Positions 59,256-64,000 of a stretch of 64,000 bases of DNA are shown in pieces. The notes under the pieces are model-generated. The model was not told the origin of the DNA. It ran no database searches and saw only the letters and a program-made list of their open reading frames with translations. Position 1 is the first letter of the stretch. Each line of letters opens with the position of its first letter. Made by a program: the position numbers and the translations under genes. This stretch comes from a bacterium (GTDB taxonomy: Bacteria > UBA8248): NCBI GenBank assembly GCA_965219955.1, contig OZ244799.1:3776001-3840000 (forward strand). Reading direction: 5' to 3'.

Positions 59256-59600
59256 GGGTTGTTGAAAAGTCATCTTTGGTCGTAATGACGGCCAAAACCC
59301 GAACCCGGGTGAAGGCGCAGGCTGTCGCCTTGAAAACCAACCCCCCCTACCCCCCCTTGTCAGGGGGGTAAAAAGAGGCAATGCCCTGACAAAGGGGGGG
59401 ATAAAAAAGGCGATGCGCCCTCGCCGGGCTGAGGGGGGTGCTTTTTCTTGCCCCCCTGACAAGGGGGGGTAGGGGGGGTTGCCTTTATGAAGTTTCCCTT
59501 TCAAGGGGGTTGCCATTACCCTCGCAGGGGGTTTTTCAACAAGCCCTTAACAGGGGGGAGGGGCCATGCGCCCGGCGAGGGCTTTTTTCAACAACCCCCT
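59256..59600. repeat. composite repeat block including an internally deleted derivative of the 323-bp MITE
   Basis: GGGGTTGTTGAAAAGTCATC joined directly to AATGACGGCCAAAACC...GGCGCAGG, then CCCTTGTCAGGGG units and TTTTTCAACAA ends. Confidence 0.7.
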
Positions 59601-59939
59601 CGTGAGCAGCTTTACCGCCCATTCGGAGTCGATGACACGATGAAGTCTTTTGAGGGTTTTCATACGGGCAGGCGCGGTGGCGCGTCCGCGTATTTCGCAG
59701 CCTCGCGTGCGGGCGGTATGGAGCAAACGGCCCGGGATCGCGCATTGGCGGGAATTTCTGAAAATATGGATAAATTCACGGGGTTTTTCGATAAATTCCT
59801 GAAAAATACTGACGGTGCAAGTGGTTGCAACACAAAGAGTTACCTTAAAATCTCAGTGTATAGCACTCAGATATGGCGTGAAAATAAATTTTTCGGGGCC
59901 CCCGCATTTGCGCGCAACTGCCCGCGTTTGCCCGAGGCG

Positions 59940-60908
59940 CTACTTTCGGATGGTGCCGAAGCTGAATCCCGTGACGAGGTGTTTCTGGATCAGGACGCCG
60001 AGGATGACCACGGGGATGGTGATGACCGTCCCTATCGCCGCCTGCGGCCCGTAGAGTCTTCCCTCCACCGCGCTCTGGAACTTGTTGAGCAGGATGGGCA
60101 GGGTGACGACTTTCGGCTGGGTGAGCGTCAGCGCGAGCAGGAACTCGCTCCAGTTCAGGATGAAGATGAAGAGAAACGTCACCACCATGCCCGGCGCGAC
60201 CAGGGGCATCACCACGCGGCGCAGCGTGTAGATGCGGCCCGCGCCCATGATATGCGCGGCGTGCTCGATGGTCTTGGGAATCTCCTCGATGAAGTTCAGC
60301 ATCATCCAGATGACGAACGGCAGCGTGGTCGCCATGTAGAGGAGGCACAGGCCGGAGTAGGAGTCGATCATGCTGATCCGGTAGCCGAGAACGGTCTGGG
60401 TCGCGAACGGGATCAGGATGGCGTAGTACATCACGACGGGAATCGCGATGATGATGGGCGGGACCATCCGGATGGTCAGGATCATGTAGCGGAAATACTT
60501 TCCGCCCACGTTGAAGCGCGAAATCGAGTAGGCCAGGAACGTGCCCAGCAGGAGCGCGAGCAGCGCGCTGATGGAGGAGATGACCATCGAATCGCGCACC
60601 GCCCCCCAGATCGTGAATACATGCTCGAGAACATCGCGGTTGACGCGATCGCCTTGTCCGAACAAGCTGAAAATCAGCCGATAGTTGTCCAGGGTGGGTT
60701 CGTACCCCCCGCCGAGGAAGCTCGGGAACCAGTTCGGCGGCCAGGCCAGCCAGTCGCCCGAATCTTTGAAGGAAGTCGATATCATCCAGAAGATCGGGAA
60801 CATGATCATGCTTGCCCAGCCAAGAAGCGCGGCGTGGCGGAACCAGAAGAAGAGGTTGTAGCGCTTGGCGAAGGACATCTCCGCGCGCCTGTCGGCCTCG
60901 TTCGTCAT
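59940..60908 (-). CDS. carbohydrate ABC permease (MalG-type), duplicate copy
   Basis: EAA-like loop IPKTIEHAA..MGA, WSEFLLAL; nearly identical to 60994-61962. Confidence 0.9.
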   Translation of the reverse strand: MTNEADRRAEMSFAKRYNLFFWFRHAALLGWASMIMFPIFWMISTSFKDSGDWLAWPPNWFPSFLGGGYEPTLDNYRLIFSLFGQGDRVNRDVLEHVFTIWGAVRDSMVISSISALLALLLGTFLAYSISRFNVGGKYFRYMILTIRMVPPIIIAIPVVMYYAILIPFATQTVLGYRISMIDSYSGLCLLYMATTLPFVIWMMLNFIEEIPKTIEHAAHIMGAGRIYTLRRVVMPLVAPGMVVTFLFIFILNWSEFLLALTLTQPKVVTLPILLNKFQSAVEGRLYGPQAAIGTVITIPVVILGVLIQKHLVTGFSFGTIRK

Positions 60909-60993
60909 CTCATCCCCTCCTCCCGGGCGATGGACCGCTCCCGCACGAGCAGGCAAATCCTATAATTTATCAATGCGCCGCATTTGCGCGAGG

Positions 60994-61962
60994 CTACTTC
61001 CGGATGGTGCCGAAGCTGAATCCCGTGATGAGGTGCTTCTGGATCAGGACGCCGAGGATGACCACGGGGATGGTGATGACCGTCCCGATAGCCGCCTGCG
61101 GCCCGTAGAGTCTGCCCTCCATCGCGCTCTGGAACTTGTTGAGCAGGATGGGCAGCGTGATGACTCTCGGCTGGGTCAGCGTCAGCGCGAGCAGGAACTC
61201 GCTCCAGTTCAGGATGAAGATGAACAGGAATGTCACCACCATGCCCGGAGCGACCAGGGGCATCACGACGCGGCGCAGCGTGTAGATGCGGCCCGCGCCC
61301 ATGATTTGCGCGGCGTGTTCGATGGTCTTGGGAATCTCCTCGATGAAGTTCAGCATCATCCAGATGACGAATGGCAGCGTGGTCGCGATGTAGAGGAGGC
61401 ACAGGCCGGTGTAGGAGTCGATAAGGCTGAACCGGTAGTTGAGGACCGTCTGGGTGGCGAACGGGATCAGGATGGCGTAGTACATCACGACGGGAATCGC
61501 GATGATGATGGGCGGGACCATCCGGATGGTCAGGATCATGAAGCGGAAATACTTTCCGCCCACGTTGAAGCGCGAAATCGAGTAGGCCAGAAACGTGCCC
61601 AGCAGGAGCGCGATCAGCGCGCTGATGGAGGAGACGACCATCGAATCGCGGACCGCTCCCCAGATCGTGAAAGCCTGTTCGGCGTATTCCCGGCTGAGGC
61701 CTTCGCCGTGGCCGACGATGCTGAAAATCTGCCGGTAGTTGTGCAGGGTGGGTTCGTACCCCCCGCCGATGAAGCTCGGGAACCAGTTCGGCGGCCATGC
61801 CACCCAGTCGCCCGAATCCTTGAAGGAAGTCGATATCATCCAGAAGATCGGGAACATGATCATGCTCGCCCAGCCAAGAAGCGCGGCGTGGCGGAACCAG
61901 AAGAAGAGGTTGTAGCGCTTGGCGAAGGACATCTCCGCGCGCGTACTCAAATCGTTCGTCAT
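60994..61962 (-). CDS. carbohydrate ABC permease (MalG-type)
   Basis: same motifs; start overlaps the upstream permease stop. Confidence 0.92.
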   Translation of the reverse strand: MTNDLSTRAEMSFAKRYNLFFWFRHAALLGWASMIMFPIFWMISTSFKDSGDWVAWPPNWFPSFIGGGYEPTLHNYRQIFSIVGHGEGLSREYAEQAFTIWGAVRDSMVVSSISALIALLLGTFLAYSISRFNVGGKYFRFMILTIRMVPPIIIAIPVVMYYAILIPFATQTVLNYRFSLIDSYTGLCLLYIATTLPFVIWMMLNFIEEIPKTIEHAAQIMGAGRIYTLRRVVMPLVAPGMVVTFLFIFILNWSEFLLALTLTQPRVITLPILLNKFQSAMEGRLYGPQAAIGTVITIPVVILGVLIQKHLITGFSFGTIRK

Positions 61963-62909
61963 CCCATTCGCTCCTCTTCGGCGATGGATCGTTCCCGCAC
62001 GAGCAGATAAATGCCATAGAAGATGAGTGTTCCGAACATGAAGAGCAGCAGAATCGAGGCGGCTGCGCCGAAGCTGTACTTGTTGAACTGCCACACCTGC
62101 CGCCAGAGGAAGAAAGCGATGGTTTCGGTCGAAGTGCCCGGCCCGCCGAAGGTGAGCAGCACGGACAGATCGAAGAGTTTAAGCGCCTCCATCGAGCGGA
62201 TGATGACGGCGATCATGATCGCGGGCTTCAACAGCGGAAAATGGACTTTCCAGAATATCTGCCACCTGCTTGCTCCCAGAACGCGCGCGGCGTTGGTGAG
62301 TTGCTGCGGGAGCGCGGCGAAGCCCGAGAGGAAAATCAGGAACGTGAGCGACGTCCACTGCCATACGTCGGCCAGGATGATCGCCCACTGCGCGGCGATG
62401 GGGTGCGAGAGCCAGCGGATGCGCGGGTTCACGCCCATGGCTTCGGTGATCGGGGACAGAAGCTGGTTGAGGGGTCCCGAATCGATGTAGATCATCGAAA
62501 AGTTGTAGCCCCCCACGACCGGCACCACCATCATGGGGACCAGGAAAATCGTGATGTAGATGCGCCTCCCCCGGAATTGCTTGTAGGCCAGCATGGCGAG
62601 AAGAAAGCCGAAGATCAATTCGAGCAATACCGCCGTTCCCGCAAAGTAGAAAGTCCGCCCGAGCGCCCACCAGAAATCCTCGGTGGTGAGGACGCGGACA
62701 TAATTCAGCAAACCGTGAAAATATGCCTGCTCGAAGGGCCGGTTGGCGCGCCATTTGAGAAGGCTGATATAGATGGTGAGCATGAAGGGAACGGCGAGAA
62801 GCAGGAGGAAGGTCGCCTCCACCATGATAAACGGAATCAGGCGGAACACCTTCTCCTGCGACAACCAGGCGGAGAGACTCTTGCGTTCTTTTATCGTTGC
62901 TTGGGCCAT
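61959..62909 (-). CDS. carbohydrate ABC permease (MalF-type)
   Basis: DVWQWTS, AARVLGASRWQIF, FGGPGTSTET. Confidence 0.92.
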   Translation of the reverse strand: MAQATIKERKSLSAWLSQEKVFRLIPFIMVEATFLLLLAVPFMLTIYISLLKWRANRPFEQAYFHGLLNYVRVLTTEDFWWALGRTFYFAGTAVLLELIFGFLLAMLAYKQFRGRRIYITIFLVPMMVVPVVGGYNFSMIYIDSGPLNQLLSPITEAMGVNPRIRWLSHPIAAQWAIILADVWQWTSLTFLIFLSGFAALPQQLTNAARVLGASRWQIFWKVHFPLLKPAIMIAVIIRSMEALKLFDLSVLLTFGGPGTSTETIAFFLWRQVWQFNKYSFGAAASILLLFMFGTLIFYGIYLLVRERSIAEEERMG

Positions 62910-62999
62910 CTTCTCTTCATCTTAAATAGAGTCAAATCGCATCGCGCGAGGCGCCCGCCCCGGCGTTGAAGCCGGAGCGGGCGCTCTTGTGCGCGGTGT

Positions 63000-64000
63000 T
63001 TAGTTGGTCGGCGCGAACTTGTCGATATAAGCGCCGCTGGCGACGCTCGCTCTCCAAGCCGCAATTTGCTCTTTCCGACCGATGTCTTCGGTGATGCGGT
63101 TCCAGCCTTTTTCGACGTTCTTCGCCGCCTGCGCAGCGGAGATGTTGCCCTGCATGACCTGCGCCATGTTCTTGTCGAGCACGTTGAAGTACTCGTAGTT
63201 GCCCTCGATCATGAGCAGGGAAATGGCGTTTTTCGCGTTCTTCATCGTCATCTTGACGAAGGGTTCCGTGTGCTTGGCGAGCACGGCCTTGTTCGTCAGG
63301 TTCGACATGCGCATCGGATCCCAGAAGCCGGCGGGATCGGCGATGGCGATGTCGCCCTGGGTCGGGCCCGTGAACCACTGGATGAAGTAGTAGGCGAGCT
63401 CGGGGTGTTTGCTGTGCGCGTTCACCATGTAGCCGGTGCCGGCCGCCTGCGGAGCGCGGCGCACCATCTTGCCGCTCGCGCCTTTCACGGCGGGAACCGG
63501 GCAGGCCAGCTGCTTACCGCTGATCTTGCTCTTCGGGTTGCGGTTGGCGTAGCCCATCGCCGAGGGGAAGGACATGAACGAGAAGGCCCGTCCGCTGCCC
63601 CAGTGAGGATAGAGCTGCGGCGTTCCCCAACCCTGCACGTCGGGCGGCATGTACTTGACGATCGAGGTGAATTCCTTGATCGCCCGGATGCCGTTCGGCG
63701 AGTTGATGGTGGGGTTCATGTTCTTGTCGAACAGCAGTCCGCCCATATAAGCCGGGAAATGCCTGTAGGAGAAGTTGATGCTCCTGTAGGCCTGCGCGCC
63801 GTAGAGCGGCTGGTCGAACTTCATGCCCCAGCGGGTCTGGCCCTTTTTCGTGTGGAAGAACTTGGCCATCTGCTCCCACTCGGCCATCGTGTCGGGACAT
63901 CCCGGCTCCTTGCCGAACTTGGCCTTGTACTCCTTCGCGGCCGCTTTCATGATGTCCGAGCGCAGGAACAGCGCGATGTGATCGCCGTCGAGGATGAACC
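63000..64000 (-). CDS. carbohydrate ABC extracellular solute-binding protein (5' part lies beyond the window)
   Basis: frame stays open to the window edge; PDTMAEW, PTINSP, SKHPELAYYFIQW; upstream of the permeases. Confidence 0.85.
   Translation of the reverse strand, partial: FILDGDHIALFLRSDIMKAAAKEYKAKFGKEPGCPDTMAEWEQMAKFFHTKKGQTRWGMKFDQPLYGAQAYRSINFSYRHFPAYMGGLLFDKNMNPTINSPNGIRAIKEFTSIVKYMPPDVQGWGTPQLYPHWGSGRAFSFMSFPSAMGYANRNPKSKISGKQLACPVPAVKGASGKMVRRAPQAAGTGYMVNAHSKHPELAYYFIQWFTGPTQGDIAIADPAGFWDPMRMSNLTNKAVLAKHTEPFVKMTMKNAKNAISLLMIEGNYEYFNVLDKNMAQVMQGNISAAQAAKNVEKGWNRITEDIGRKEQIAAWRASVASGAYIDKFAPTN

Overview
High-GC bacterial chromosome segment. From left to right it holds: an alpha/beta hydrolase and an orphan SdhA/FrdA-like flavoprotein; a complete rRNA operon (16S, tRNA-Ile, tRNA-Ala, 23S, 5S); LysE; an Mrr nuclease; a ribose-type ABC system; a TonB-dependent receptor; a hydantoinase/oxoprolinase A/B pair; nucleoside hydrolase-ribokinase-hflK-hflC; two tandem AhpC/TSA-like genes with an in-frame TGA in a U-x-x-C motif (probable selenoproteins); a creatininase/cyclase/cupin operon; and tadA with tRNA-Ser(CGA). 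A ~15.5 kb island follows, bounded by that tRNA and a degenerate copy of its 3' half. It encodes an NHLP (proteusin-type) RiPP cluster: precursor core LCCCW, a YcaO, a flavin halogenase, two ABC exporters, an NHLP-leader/terpene-cyclase-like fusion, an AlkB-GlnE fusion and an unknown protein. This resembles, from memory, the sponge-microbiome srp cluster. After it come a nitronate monooxygenase, two TbpB-like lipoproteins separated by an intact IS1380, and a sugar ABC operon with a duplicated MalG-type permease. Intergenic DNA is full of nested palindromic/MITE-like repeats. The most unexplained non-coding feature is an AT-rich cluster of four NrdR-like and three DnaA-like boxes beside a near-consensus sigma70 promoter that reads into a ~300-nt structured unit with no credible ORF, ending at a terminator (candidate ncRNA). 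All calls are from motif reading by eye; no searches were run.
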